Shown piece after piece: positions 45,299 through 54,958 of a stretch of DNA of 64,000 bases. The notes under the pieces were generated by a model. It was not told the origin of the DNA and did no database searches. It was given only the letters and a program-made list of their open reading frames with translations. The stretch lies in NCBI RefSeq assembly GCF_000737315.1, contig NZ_JMCB01000031.1:1-64000 (forward strand), read 5' to 3'. Made by a program: the position numbers and the translations under genes. Numbering within the stretch: the stretch's first letter is position 1; each line of letters opens with the position of its first letter. The DNA is from Hyalangium minutum. Lineage in GTDB: Bacteria; Myxococcota; Myxococcia; Myxococcales; Myxococcaceae.

Positions 45299-46297
45299 TC
45301 AGGCGAAGTGCCAGCGCCAGGAGGTGACCTCCTCCAGCTCAGGCATCTCCAGCTCGAAGTGAAGCACCTGGCTGCGGGTGAAGACGCGGGAGTCGACGCG
45401 GAGCAGCAACATCGGTGTGGGGTTCTGCGGCCGCTGGGGCGAGGCAGCGAAGGAGGTGTCCTCATCGAAGGCTGCCCGGTAGAAGACACAGAAGCCATCC
45501 AGCCGCCCCTCGTGCTGAATGGGACGGGTGACGTGGAAGTGGCGAGTCAGGTCTCCGGGCCGCACGGTCTCCAAGTCGAAGACGAGCACGGGTGCGGGCT
45601 CGCACAGCAGGTGGGACACCTCGTAGGAGTGGATGAGCCGGGTGAAGTACGAGGGGCTCATGGCCTCGCGCAGGGTCTGAAGGCAACTGAAGTCCACGCT
45701 GGGCAGGCGCTGGCTCCAGATGAAGGGGAGGCAGGCCTCGTCGCGGAGCTGGACGGGCTCGATGAACAGCTCGAAGCGGTGGGGGAGGATTCGCCCACCG
45801 GGCCGGAGGAGCCGGGTCCGCAGCTCCACCAACTGGGACACCAGTCCCCGGTCGAACAGGGCGGGCCCCATCTGCTCGTGGAGCAGGACGTCCACCTTCT
45901 TGTCCGGAGGCATGAAGCGCTGGGGGTGCTCGCGCACGAAATCGATCTGCTCGGAGAGCCCGTGGCGGCGAGCCACCCAGCGGGCGGTGTCCAGGTGGCG
46001 CGAGGGGTCCACGGCATAGAGCTTCCGGGGCGAGCGGTGGGCGGCGAGGAGCGTCCGCAGGCCGGCACCGGTGCTCACATCCATGACGACCTGGCCGGGG
46101 CGCACGTAGCGGCCAATGGCCTGGCGGTAGGCCTCCACGCGCTCGGGGTCCGCGAGGGTGGGATCATGCGGAGCGGGACTCGACAACGTGAGGCTGTCGG
46201 GCAACACATGCCGCAGCGTGTTGACGAGGGGATGGTGTCGCAGCCGTGACTGCAGATCGAACAAGGCCTGCCGAGGCAGGTCGAAAAGGTTCAGCAT
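45299..46297 (-). CDS. PRMT-like SAM-dependent methyltransferase with degenerate motifs
   Basis: DPERVEAYRQAI, VMDVSTGAG, VDVLLHEQMG, G..LP, C-terminal DGFCVFY beta-barrel. Confidence 0.75.
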   Translation of the reverse strand: MLNLFDLPRQALFDLQSRLRHHPLVNTLRHVLPDSLTLSSPAPHDPTLADPERVEAYRQAIGRYVRPGQVVMDVSTGAGLRTLLAAHRSPRKLYAVDPSRHLDTARWVARRHGLSEQIDFVREHPQRFMPPDKKVDVLLHEQMGPALFDRGLVSQLVELRTRLLRPGGRILPHRFELFIEPVQLRDEACLPFIWSQRLPSVDFSCLQTLREAMSPSYFTRLIHSYEVSHLLCEPAPVLVFDLETVRPGDLTRHFHVTRPIQHEGRLDGFCVFYRAAFDEDTSFAASPQRPQNPTPMLLLRVDSRVFTRSQVLHFELEMPELEEVTSWRWHFA

Positions 46298-46490
46298 GGA
46301 ACGAAGCCCCCCGGGCGCGCAGCCCATACCCAGCCAGGGGAGCAACCGGTCACTCCCCTTCCCGGGATACGCCATGCTTGGCACGAACGCGCCTGGCGGC
46401 CATGGCCCTACGGGGCAGTCCGAACATCCAGCGGTGGACACTGCAGCCGCAGGCCACTCAGGTCATGTTCACACGAAAGGAATCCCTTCG

Positions 46491-46885
46491 ATGAGCGCCC
46501 GCCGTGGAACCGACGCCTTCAGCTTCCAAGTGATGGTTCTGCTGTGCGCCCTGTGGGGCCTTCAGCAGGTGGCCATCAAGCTGGCGGCCCACGACATGGC
46601 CCCCGTTCTCCAGGCCTCTCTGCGCTCGGGAATCGCGGCGCTGCTCGTGGGCCTCCTCATGGCATGGCGAGGAGGTTGGGAGGGCGTGCGCCAGAGCACC
46701 CTCCCGGGAGGGCTTCTGGCAGGCCTCCTCTTCGCCGCCGAGTTCCTCCTCATCGCCTCGACGAGCCCCTCACGCTGAACTTCGTCCTGGGAGCGGTGCT
46801 GGTGCTCGTGGGCATCGGGCTGGTCAGCGGAGAGGCCTGGCTGCGCCGCCTGCTGAGCCGGAACCCAAGCGCCTCGCCTCGGTAG
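46491..46885 (+). pseudogene. EamA/DMT transporter with a large internal deletion
   Basis: N-terminal LCALWGLQQVAIK..LRS..FAAEF joined out of frame to C-terminal LDEPLTLNFVLGAVLVLVGI. Confidence 0.85.
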
Positions 46886-46889
46886 GGAG

Positions 46890-47957
46890 TTACCCCGTCA
46901 CCGGCACGCGCACGAGCCGGAAGCCCACATTCGGTGAGCTCCCGCGCGTGTCAGCCGAGCGAAAGCTCACGCGCAGCACTTCCGCACAGTCCGCCCAGGA
47001 GCCGCCTCGCAGCACGTGCCCCCGATCGGGAATCTCTTCCCCCAGGACACAGAGCGGCGACTCCTCGGGACTGTCGAAGTAGAAGGACGCGTCGTAGTGG
47101 TCGGCGCACCACTCCCACACACCGCCCGCCATCGAATAAAGGAAGTAATCGTTCGGCGGAAACACGCGCGAGGGGCGCAAGAAGAACGCGCCGAAGTGAC
47201 CAAAGTCCGCGCGCATGACATCGGGTGGCGCGTCCCCCCAAGGGTACGAGGCACCCCGGAAACAGCCTCGGGCCGCGCGCTCCCACTCTGCCTCGGTCGG
47301 CAGCCGGTACTGCACCGCAGCCGTGCTCATGTGGCGTCCCACGAGCTCGGCCAGCTCCCAGCCCACTGCGACCATGGGCTTCTGATCGAAGCGAGCCGGC
47401 GAGTTGCTCGTGCGCTCCGGCGCCCCGAAGAGCTCCTGAGAAGTCATCACTTGGCCATCGCGCGTCCAGAGCCCCTCTGTGTCGTGGGCATGCCAATCCC
47501 TGGCGCGCACTGTTTCGTTCTCGCAGTACTGCAGCCGGATCTTCGAGTCGTTGCTGTACTCGAACCGGGCGCGACTGGGAGCAAACGCCTCGGAGATGAG
47601 CGCGAACTGCGCATCCGTGGGGCGCCCATACGGGTCCGGCCAGCCGAGCACCCGCGCGAAGTCGTCCCAAGACAGGGGCGCCTCGCTCATCCAAAACCCG
47701 GGGAGCGTCACCCGGTGCGCGGGGCGCTCGTCGGGCTCCCCATTGGCATTCCCCATCACGAACGAGCCCGCCGGGATGTAGCGGAACACCAGCCCGTGCT
47801 CCTTCACCGCGAGCCGGTCCAGGTCCTGCTGCAGGAGCGGCACCACGCGCTCTCGGTCCTTCCAGGCCACCGCATCCAGGGTCGCGGCCGCGCCCATGAA
47901 GTCTCCCCGAGAGCGCTGCTCCTCCGCTCGAGCGAGGGCTTCATCGATCACCGACAT
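46890..47957 (-). CDS. SUMF1/FGE-sulfatase-fold protein with N-terminal helical extension
   Basis: IPAGSFVMG, DERPAH, RLPTEAEWERAARG, YPWG, GGVWEWC, RGGSW, VGFRL. Confidence 0.9.
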   Translation of the reverse strand: MSVIDEALARAEEQRSRGDFMGAAATLDAVAWKDRERVVPLLQQDLDRLAVKEHGLVFRYIPAGSFVMGNANGEPDERPAHRVTLPGFWMSEAPLSWDDFARVLGWPDPYGRPTDAQFALISEAFAPSRARFEYSNDSKIRLQYCENETVRARDWHAHDTEGLWTRDGQVMTSQELFGAPERTSNSPARFDQKPMVAVGWELAELVGRHMSTAAVQYRLPTEAEWERAARGCFRGASYPWGDAPPDVMRADFGHFGAFFLRPSRVFPPNDYFLYSMAGGVWEWCADHYDASFYFDSPEESPLCVLGEEIPDRGHVLRGGSWADCAEVLRVSFRSADTRGSSPNVGFRLVRVPVTG

Positions 47958-49246
47958 GAACCCTCCCTCGGTGCATCGAGGACAGGCAGGCGCCAGCGCT
48001 CGGGGCGCTGCTCCCCACGGGACTGAGCCTGCCAAGGATCCTCCGCGTAGGCCGAGCCCGCGTAGAACTGCGCGCGCGCCCGGCAGCCTCCGGTGAAGCG
48101 GTCATCCTCGGCACCACCTCGCATGCGCCGGAAGGCGTGGCCCTCGCGCCAGATCTCCTCGAAGGGCCGCTGCCGAATGTTCCCGGACTCGAAGGCCTTG
48201 CCCAGGAAACTGCACGGGTTCACGTCTCCCTGCACCGAGATCGACGCCACCGTGTTCGCGGCGCCGCATCCCGCGCCATGGTTCACCACGCCCCGCAGCT
48301 CCTCCCGCGCCGAGGGGCTGAAGGGGTCCAGGGCAAAGAGATCATTGTCGGCCTCGACCCGCTCCAAGCGGGCGAGTGCATCCACGTAGCCCTCGAAGGA
48401 GGGCATCAGCTCCGGCGTGCGTGCCGCGATCCCCACCGGATACAGCGGCCGGAACACGGCGGTGTGCGCGCCTACCCGCTGGGCGAGCGCGACACAGTCC
48501 TCCACTTCCGCGAGGTTGTTCTGGGTGAGCGTGAAGGCCAGCGTGAAGCGCGCGTGGCGGCCCAGCAGCTCGAGCTTGTCGAGCACCCGGTCGAACACGC
48601 CCTGGCCTCGGACGGCATCGTTCGACTCGGCGCGAGCGCCTTCGAGCGAGACGTTCAGCCACACCAGCTCGCGCCGCCCGAGCTCCCTCGCCATGCGCTC
48701 CGTGAGGAGGAGGGCGTTGGTCGTGAGGCAGGGGTGGAGCCCATGGCCCGTGGCCGAGTCGAGCACGTCCAGCAAGTCCCTGCGCATCAGGGGCTCGCCG
48801 CCCGTGAGCCCTAGCCGGAAGCTGCCAAGTCCCGCGAGCTGCGAGAAGAGTCCATCCATCTCCTGGAGCGTCAGCGGGTGGTGGTTGCGCGGCAGCTCCC
48901 CGGCGAAGCAGTGCGTGCAGGTGAGGTTGCACGCCCCGACGACTTCCAGGTGCACGGCGAGCGGGCCCAGCAAGTGGTCCGGAGGTGGCTCCCGATCGAT
49001 GCGCGCAGCCGCCAGGCGCCCGTCCATGCGGAGGTAGCCCCGGGAGGCGAGGTCCACGGTCAACCCCTCGACAGCCTCCCGGTCTTCCGGGGCCGCGGCC
49101 TCGATGACGTCCCCCGCCGGACGCTCGGTCATGTCTCGGAGCACGGCCGCCGCGGGCTTGTCGAAGGGCAGATACCGGGACGAGCGCCGATCGAAGAGGA
49201 GCGCCCCGAAGTGCTGCGGGATGAAGACGAGCGAGGGGCGGCTCAT
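47948..49246 (-). CDS. Radical SAM protein with N-terminal RRE/PqqD-like region and reduced SPASM/twitch domain
   Basis: CNLTCTHC, TGGEP, CGAA...VNPCS...GNIR...GGCRAR. Confidence 0.92.
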   Translation of the reverse strand: MSRPSLVFIPQHFGALLFDRRSSRYLPFDKPAAAVLRDMTERPAGDVIEAAAPEDREAVEGLTVDLASRGYLRMDGRLAAARIDREPPPDHLLGPLAVHLEVVGACNLTCTHCFAGELPRNHHPLTLQEMDGLFSQLAGLGSFRLGLTGGEPLMRRDLLDVLDSATGHGLHPCLTTNALLLTERMARELGRRELVWLNVSLEGARAESNDAVRGQGVFDRVLDKLELLGRHARFTLAFTLTQNNLAEVEDCVALAQRVGAHTAVFRPLYPVGIAARTPELMPSFEGYVDALARLERVEADNDLFALDPFSPSAREELRGVVNHGAGCGAANTVASISVQGDVNPCSFLGKAFESGNIRQRPFEEIWREGHAFRRMRGGAEDDRFTGGCRARAQFYAGSAYAEDPWQAQSRGEQRPERWRLPVLDAPREGSCR

Positions 49247-49839
49247 GAGAACCCCTCCATGTCCACGCGGAAGCGCCAGCGCACCCACGCTCGCGCCGCC
49301 TTGACGGGCAGCCCCAGCCCCTTCGCGTCGCGCTGCAGGTGCTGCCACCTCCAGCGCTCGTTGCCATGGGGATCGGGAACCGGCTTCTCCACGAGGGGCA
49401 CGAAGTCCGGGCTGTCGAACGTGGGGAGCTGCCACCCCTCGGGCGGCTCGCGCGTCGCCGCATGCCACTGGCCATCCGCCTGGGACCTGGCCTGCCCCCG
49501 CCGTGCCGTGGAGATGGCAGGCCGAAGGTATGCCGTCACGAGGAGAAAGCCCGCGTCCCCAGGGTTGTCCACGATGAACGAGAGCACATGCTCCCCGGGC
49601 TCCACCGTCATGCGCTGCTCGTCGAGGCGCTTCCCATCCAGGAAAGGCCCCTGGGAGGTTCCCGCCACGTACGAGGACACCGAGATGCCGATGGGAGCCC
49701 CCGGGCGCCGCCAGCGGAGGACCACGCCACCGCACCCGGCGGGCACCTCGCAGTGGCTGTGCACCTCGAGCGCGAGCCGGTTCGACATCTTCCGGTAGCG
49801 CTGGAGCTCGTTGAGACGCAGATCGTCACGGTCAGCCAT
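49243..49839 (-). CDS. Hypothetical protein with HSHCEVPAGCGG motif and beta-rich domain, 198 aa
   Basis: ATG 49839; ATGA overlap with the radical SAM gene. Confidence 0.75.
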   Translation of the reverse strand: MADRDDLRLNELQRYRKMSNRLALEVHSHCEVPAGCGGVVLRWRRPGAPIGISVSSYVAGTSQGPFLDGKRLDEQRMTVEPGEHVLSFIVDNPGDAGFLLVTAYLRPAISTARRGQARSQADGQWHAATREPPEGWQLPTFDSPDFVPLVEKPVPDPHGNERWRWQHLQRDAKGLGLPVKAARAWVRWRFRVDMEGFS

Positions 49840-49926
49840 GGCGCGGAGGCTAGTTCCTCGAGAGCCCGCCTGCCACACGAGGGCAGGCGGACTGTGCCTC
49901 CGCCGCTGAGTGCCGTGAAGGACGGC

Positions 49927-50310
49927 CTACTTCTTATGCTCGATGGAGACGGCCTTGTTCTCCATCTTCTCGATGCCGAAGGAGGCACGCACCTCGGCAC
50001 CCGGCTGGAACTCCTTCTTCAGGTGGGACTCGATGCGCTGGTCCTTTTTCAGCTCCTTGCCATCCACCATCGTCTGATGGCTCACCCGGAGCGGGATGAT
50101 GGCTCCCTGCTCAGACTCGACCAGAAGATCGTCCGACTTCACCCCCACCACCCTGCCTGTCAGCTCCTTCTGACCCTGCTGCATCTGACCCTGCTGCATC
50201 TGGCCCTGCTGCGTCTGGCCGTGCATCTGGCCCTGCTGCGTCTTGTCCGCCGCGAACGCAGCCCCGCCCAGCATCAGCGCCGTCACAACCCCCAAAGCCT
50301 TCCAGTTCAT
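49927..50310 (-). CDS. Small secreted protein with QQGQM repeats and OB-fold-like domain
   Basis: GGAGG RBS, signal peptide ending AAFA. Confidence 0.8.
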   Translation of the reverse strand: MNWKALGVVTALMLGGAAFAADKTQQGQMHGQTQQGQMQQGQMQQGQKELTGRVVGVKSDDLLVESEQGAIIPLRVSHQTMVDGKELKKDQRIESHLKKEFQPGAEVRASFGIEKMENKAVSIEHKK

Positions 50311-50513
50311 CTGTTCCTCCCATGCAGTTGGGGCCAAACCAGCCCCGGGACCAACATGGGCTCCGGCCACTGTCATGGCTCGGCGGCTGCCCTCCTCACC
50401 AGAAAGGAGTGACCGCCCCCCGCTCCTCCTCCGCTTCCCCATCACTCCAGAGAAGCGATGGGCGCCTCGTCCGTCTCGGCCGCTGGGGAGGGGCAACCAA
50501 GAGCATGAGCCGC

Positions 50514-53500
50514 TCACCCCACCGGAGCGCTGCCGGGACGGAGCCGGGCCGCGAAGGCCTGGAGCCGCTCCCGGGCCCGCTCTAGCTTGTCGCGAGGAAT
50601 CGAGAACACCACGCGCACCCGCTCTGGATCCCCGCACCACGGGCCGCCGTTGAGCACCACGTGCGTGTGCGCGTACACCACGCGCGGGAGGTTCTCCACC
50701 GTGAGCCGCTCGCCGTCCACCTCTCTCCCCAGCCACGCGCTCACCTTGGGCGCGAGGAAGAGTCCTCCCGCCTCCGTCGTGTCCGAGCGCCCGTTCCCCG
50801 GCAGGGCCCCGGCAATCAGCGCCCGCTTCTCCGCCAGGTCCCGCCGCATCTTCACGAGGAACTCCTTCAGGGCCCGCTGGCGCGACGGGTACAGCAGCCT
50901 TCCTTCCGGGCTGCGCGCATACGCGGCATAGAGCCAGGCAGCCGCACGTGCCGTGGCCAAGGCCGGCGGCACCAGCCCGCTCTCGTTCAGGGCCGCCATG
51001 AGCCCCGCATCCCGCGTCGCCAGCCAGCCCAGGCGCAGGCCTCCCGCGGCGAACTCCTTGGAGAGCCCTCCCAGCACCACCGTGCGCGCTCCCACCCCGG
51101 GCACCACCTGCTCCAGCGTCACCGGGCTGTGCACCGTCTCCGCCGTCGGGTTCGTCAGGTTCACCAGCCCGAAGATTTCGTCCGACACCAGCAGCGCGCG
51201 CTGCTCCACCACCCACGTCGCCAGCGCCACCAGCTCCTCGTTCGAGAGGTAGGAGCCTTCCGGATTCGAGGGCTGAGAGATGACCGCCACATCCGGCCCT
51301 CCCGGCCCGCGCCGCTCCTGGAGCGCCGCCACCGGCCCCAGCTCCACCTCGCACCCGGCCGCCACCCACGTGGGCGGCAGCACCCCGTAGCAGGGCGTGG
51401 CGATGAAGACGCGCGGCGCCCGTCCCAGCCGCTGGCGCAGCGCCACCCCCAGGTGATGCATCAGCGGCCACACCCCCTGGCCCAGCGCGATGTGCTCCGG
51501 CGCGTACCGCGTCGCGCGCGTCTCCCGCAGGAAGCCCACCACCGCCTCGGCCAGCCCATGCTGCGTACCCGCTTCGTGCGGCGCCAGGAGCGAGGCCACC
51601 ACTCCCTCGATGAGCGGCTGGGGCATGGCTCCCTCGTTCTCGCCATAGTCCAGCCGGATCAGCTCTGGGTCTCCCTCCTGGAACACCTTGGGCGCGAACG
51701 CCGGGAAGCCCGCCAGCCGCTTGATGCGCTCCGAGCGCGGCAACGGCACCGCCGGGGCTCGAACCGCCGCGGGCCGCTCCGGCTCGGCGAACGAGATGCG
51801 GAACGCCAGCAGCTCCTCGAAGGTGCGCTCATAGAACCCCTGCGCCAGCGTGCCGATGCGCGAGTACGTCACCTCCGCCGCCACCTCGAGGTCTCCTCGC
51901 AGCGGCTCCGGCACCGGCAGCAGCAGCGTCAGCTCCAGGTCCGGCCACACCGCGTTCTTGATGAGCCCGTAGAGCACCACCAGGTTGGGAGGCAGTGGCT
52001 CGCGGGCCAGGAACTCGAAGAGCGTGAGCGGCTCCACCTCACTGGTGATGTGGAAGAAGGCGCTCTCGTCCAGCACGACCCAGATGCCCCGCCGCGCCGC
52101 CTCCGCGACAATCTCCCGGAGCACCGCCAGGTTGGTGCGCTCGCCCCGCTCCACCGAGAGGAACACCACCTTCACGTCGAACGCCCCCAGCAACCGGCGG
52201 ATCTCCGAGAGCGTGCTGTGTGTCACCGTCGTGCGCACCCGCGCCCGCTCCAGCGCCCGCGCGTACACCGGCAGCAACTGGCGCGACACCAGCACCCCAT
52301 CGCCAGGGTCACACAGCGCCAGCAGCAGCGAGTAGACGGTCTGCTCGCGCTCGGGCGCGACGAAGAGCTCCTCCTCCCGCAGGCGCAAGTCGAAGAACCG
52401 CTCCAGGTAGCGGGCCACGAGCTGACGGAAGGGAGCATCCCCCGCCTCGTGCGTGTACGGCATCACCGGCGAGCGCGTGAGCCGCTCCGCCAGCGCTGCC
52501 ACGAAGCCCAGCTGCTCCTGGGACACGGCCCCCAGGTCCAGCTCCTCCGCCAGCTTCGAGGCTCCCAGCGTCCGCAGCGCCGCGCGCAAGGCCAGCGTTT
52601 CCCGAGGCAGCGCCAACCTCGCCTCCCACACGGCCACCTCGTGCCAGATGGGGTGGCCCACCTGCAACCAGCCCAGGGCCGTGGCGGCTCGCAGGGGCTC
52701 GGCGCTGTGCGCCTCCATGAAGAACTCGAACTCGCGCTCTGTGCGCTGCTCCAGTGCCACCAGCGGCCGGATGTCCGTGTCCGCCGCCTGCATCACCCGC
52801 CGCGCCACCCGCACCTGGGTGGCGAAGCCCCGCCGGGTGAACATGCGCTCGATGATGGGCCGCCCCGGCCGCCCCGCCAGGTTCAGCAGCAGCCGCCCGC
52901 TGGGCGCCAGGTACTCGGGCACCTCATCCAGGAGCTTCGCGATGAGCCCCAGCCCGAAGTGGTCCTCGTAGACGTTCTGCAGCACGGTGTAGTTGGACAA
53001 GTCATACAGCTCCTGCGTGTCCGCCTCCGCCGGCGCCTCGGGCAGCCCCTCCGTGCGCAGCACCTGGGGGATGCAGCCCACCACGAAATCCCACGCCGCG
53101 CCCTCGGGCAGGCCGCGCAGCAGGTTGCTCTCTCCGAAGGACATCCGCGCCACCATCCGCGCGTCCCCGTTGAGCCACGCGTTGCAGGTGGCCACCCAGG
53201 GCGAGTGCGGGTTCAGGTCCGCGCCGTGGATGTGGGCCAGCCGCGTGAACTTCGCCAGCGCGATGCAGATCCACCCCGAGCCCGTCCCCACCTCCACCAG
53301 CCGCTTCCCGTCGTACTCGTCCAGCGGCACCTTCAACATGCCCTCGAGGAAGGTGTACGCCCAGTCCTCCGGGGCGAAGATGGACGGCAGCAACAACAGC
53401 TCCAGCCGCTCCTGCCTGGAGCCTACCGCCGCCATGACGGTGACGAGCCGCAGCGGAGCGCCCTCGGGTTGGCCTCGGCTCAGCTCGGCCAGTGCGCGCA

Positions 53501-53603
53501 GCTCGGCCAGCGCCGACGCACGCCGCTCTGGAACGGCCAGGGCCTCCGCAAGCTCACGGAGTTGGTGCACCGCGTCGCGAGCCGACTCGGGGTAGGTCGC
53601 CAT
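50514..53603 (-). CDS. mmt: Plant-type methionine S-methyltransferase (MTase fused to PLP-dependent aminotransferase-like domain), 1029 aa
   Basis: PSIFAPEDW, VGTGSGWI, VVGCIPQVL, LSNY, EDHFGLGLIA, NLAGRPG, QAADTDI, EFEFF; C-terminal SDEIFG and GGLSKEF. Confidence 0.9.
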   Translation of the reverse strand: MATYPESARDAVHQLRELAEALAVPERRASALAELRALAELSRGQPEGAPLRLVTVMAAVGSRQERLELLLLPSIFAPEDWAYTFLEGMLKVPLDEYDGKRLVEVGTGSGWICIALAKFTRLAHIHGADLNPHSPWVATCNAWLNGDARMVARMSFGESNLLRGLPEGAAWDFVVGCIPQVLRTEGLPEAPAEADTQELYDLSNYTVLQNVYEDHFGLGLIAKLLDEVPEYLAPSGRLLLNLAGRPGRPIIERMFTRRGFATQVRVARRVMQAADTDIRPLVALEQRTEREFEFFMEAHSAEPLRAATALGWLQVGHPIWHEVAVWEARLALPRETLALRAALRTLGASKLAEELDLGAVSQEQLGFVAALAERLTRSPVMPYTHEAGDAPFRQLVARYLERFFDLRLREEELFVAPEREQTVYSLLLALCDPGDGVLVSRQLLPVYARALERARVRTTVTHSTLSEIRRLLGAFDVKVVFLSVERGERTNLAVLREIVAEAARRGIWVVLDESAFFHITSEVEPLTLFEFLAREPLPPNLVVLYGLIKNAVWPDLELTLLLPVPEPLRGDLEVAAEVTYSRIGTLAQGFYERTFEELLAFRISFAEPERPAAVRAPAVPLPRSERIKRLAGFPAFAPKVFQEGDPELIRLDYGENEGAMPQPLIEGVVASLLAPHEAGTQHGLAEAVVGFLRETRATRYAPEHIALGQGVWPLMHHLGVALRQRLGRAPRVFIATPCYGVLPPTWVAAGCEVELGPVAALQERRGPGGPDVAVISQPSNPEGSYLSNEELVALATWVVEQRALLVSDEIFGLVNLTNPTAETVHSPVTLEQVVPGVGARTVVLGGLSKEFAAGGLRLGWLATRDAGLMAALNESGLVPPALATARAAAWLYAAYARSPEGRLLYPSRQRALKEFLVKMRRDLAEKRALIAGALPGNGRSDTTEAGGLFLAPKVSAWLGREVDGERLTVENLPRVVYAHTHVVLNGGPWCGDPERVRVVFSIPRDKLERARERLQAFAARLRPGSAPVG

Positions 53604-53758
53604 ATGGGGCAAAAAATGTGTCACGCCCGCGAGGAGCGCACCACGTTCACGGCGTCCTCCGTCCAGCGCCGTACATCCCCGCGCCCGGCGGCACGAAGGT
53701 CACGGAGTCCTTGCCCGCTTCCGGGCAATCGTGGCAGGTGGAGTGCAGGAGGAGAACC

Positions 53759-54121
53759 ATGCCCACCCTGATTCCCGCCCCGACCCGCGTAGAGGCCGCG
53801 GGCAACAAGCCCAAGCTGATCGACGAGTACATCGGCCGGGTCAACTCGAAGACGAGCGAGCTGAGCGTGGCCCACATGCGCAGCCCCGGCGGCTGGGTCG
53901 AGCCCGGCCAGACGCCCGAGTTCCGGGAATTCACCGTGGTGCTCAAGGGCCAGCTGCGCGTGGAGCACAAGGGCGGCACGTTGGATGTCCACGCGGGGCA
54001 GGCAATCATCACCGAGCCTGGCGAGTGGGTCCGCTACAGCACCCCCGAGGCGAACGGCGCCGAGTACATCGCCATCTGTCTGCCGGCCTTCTCCATGGAC
54101 ACCGTGCACCGGGACCCCTAG
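53759..54121 (+). CDS. Cupin-domain protein
   Basis: AGGAGG RBS; WVEPGQTPEFREFTVVLKG...PGEWVRYS. Confidence 0.88.
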   Translation: MPTLIPAPTRVEAAGNKPKLIDEYIGRVNSKTSELSVAHMRSPGGWVEPGQTPEFREFTVVLKGQLRVEHKGGTLDVHAGQAIITEPGEWVRYSTPEANGAEYIAICLPAFSMDTVHRDP

Positions 54122-54257
54122 CGGCGCGAGGGGCACTTGCGATGCTGCTCACGTCCATCATTGGACTGAAGCTCACCGCGTGAACACAGCGCGTGGACGG
54201 GCCCCTCCACTGTGGTAGACGGCACCCGCCTCGCTCCCGCGCCCAAAGGAGGGCTCC

Positions 54258-54746
54258 GTGGAAATCACCAAAGACACTGTTGTTACCGTCGACTACCGCC
54301 TGCACCTCGGAGACGGGAAGTACATCGAGGAGAGCGAGAAGGATGATCCGCTCGTCTACCTGCACGGCTACGAGGAGATCGTCCCCGGCCTCGAGAAGGC
54401 GCTCGAGGGCAAGAAGGCTGGCGACACCCTGAAGGCCACGGTCTCTCCGGAGGATGGCTACGGCGAGTATGACCCGGACGCCGTGGAAGAAGTGCCGCGC
54501 GAGGAGTTCCCCGCGGACCTGGAGCTGGAGGCGGGCGGCATCGTCACCGCCACGGACGACGAGGGGGATGAGGTGGAGTTCACCGTCAAGGAGCTGCGCC
54601 CCAAGACGGTGGTGGTGGACTTCAACCACTCGCTCGCGGGCAAGACGCTCCACTTCGAGGTGACCGTGCGCGAGGTCCGCAAGGCCACCGAGGAGGAGCT
54701 CGAGCACGGCCACGTGCACAGCCCCGGCCACGACCACGACCACTGA
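54258..54746 (+). CDS. slyD: FKBP-type peptidyl-prolyl isomerase SlyD
   Basis: VVTVDYRL, YLHG..IVPGLEKAL, PEDGYG, VDFNHSLAGK, His-rich tail. Confidence 0.95.
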   Translation: MEITKDTVVTVDYRLHLGDGKYIEESEKDDPLVYLHGYEEIVPGLEKALEGKKAGDTLKATVSPEDGYGEYDPDAVEEVPREEFPADLELEAGGIVTATDDEGDEVEFTVKELRPKTVVVDFNHSLAGKTLHFEVTVREVRKATEEELEHGHVHSPGHDHDH

Positions 54747-54958
54747 GTCCTCGGCCACGCTCGACGATGGGCCGGTGAAGGCGACCGCTCCTGGGACGGC
54801 GAAGTCCCAGAGACGGACACCGGCCTGTCCGCCTGGGGCTCGCGGCCCAGGCTCCTGCCTCGCTCCCCACCGGTCCCGCCTGCACGCCGTGCAGGCACAT
54901 GGGTTGCAGTCACTCCGAGACGTCAGGGCGCTCTCGCCCCTGGGAGAGTGACTGCGCC

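Noticed and set aside
46890-47957. Active formylglycine-generating enzyme
   Set aside because: The catalytic Cys pair after RGGS is missing and no CxPxR sulfatase lies nearby
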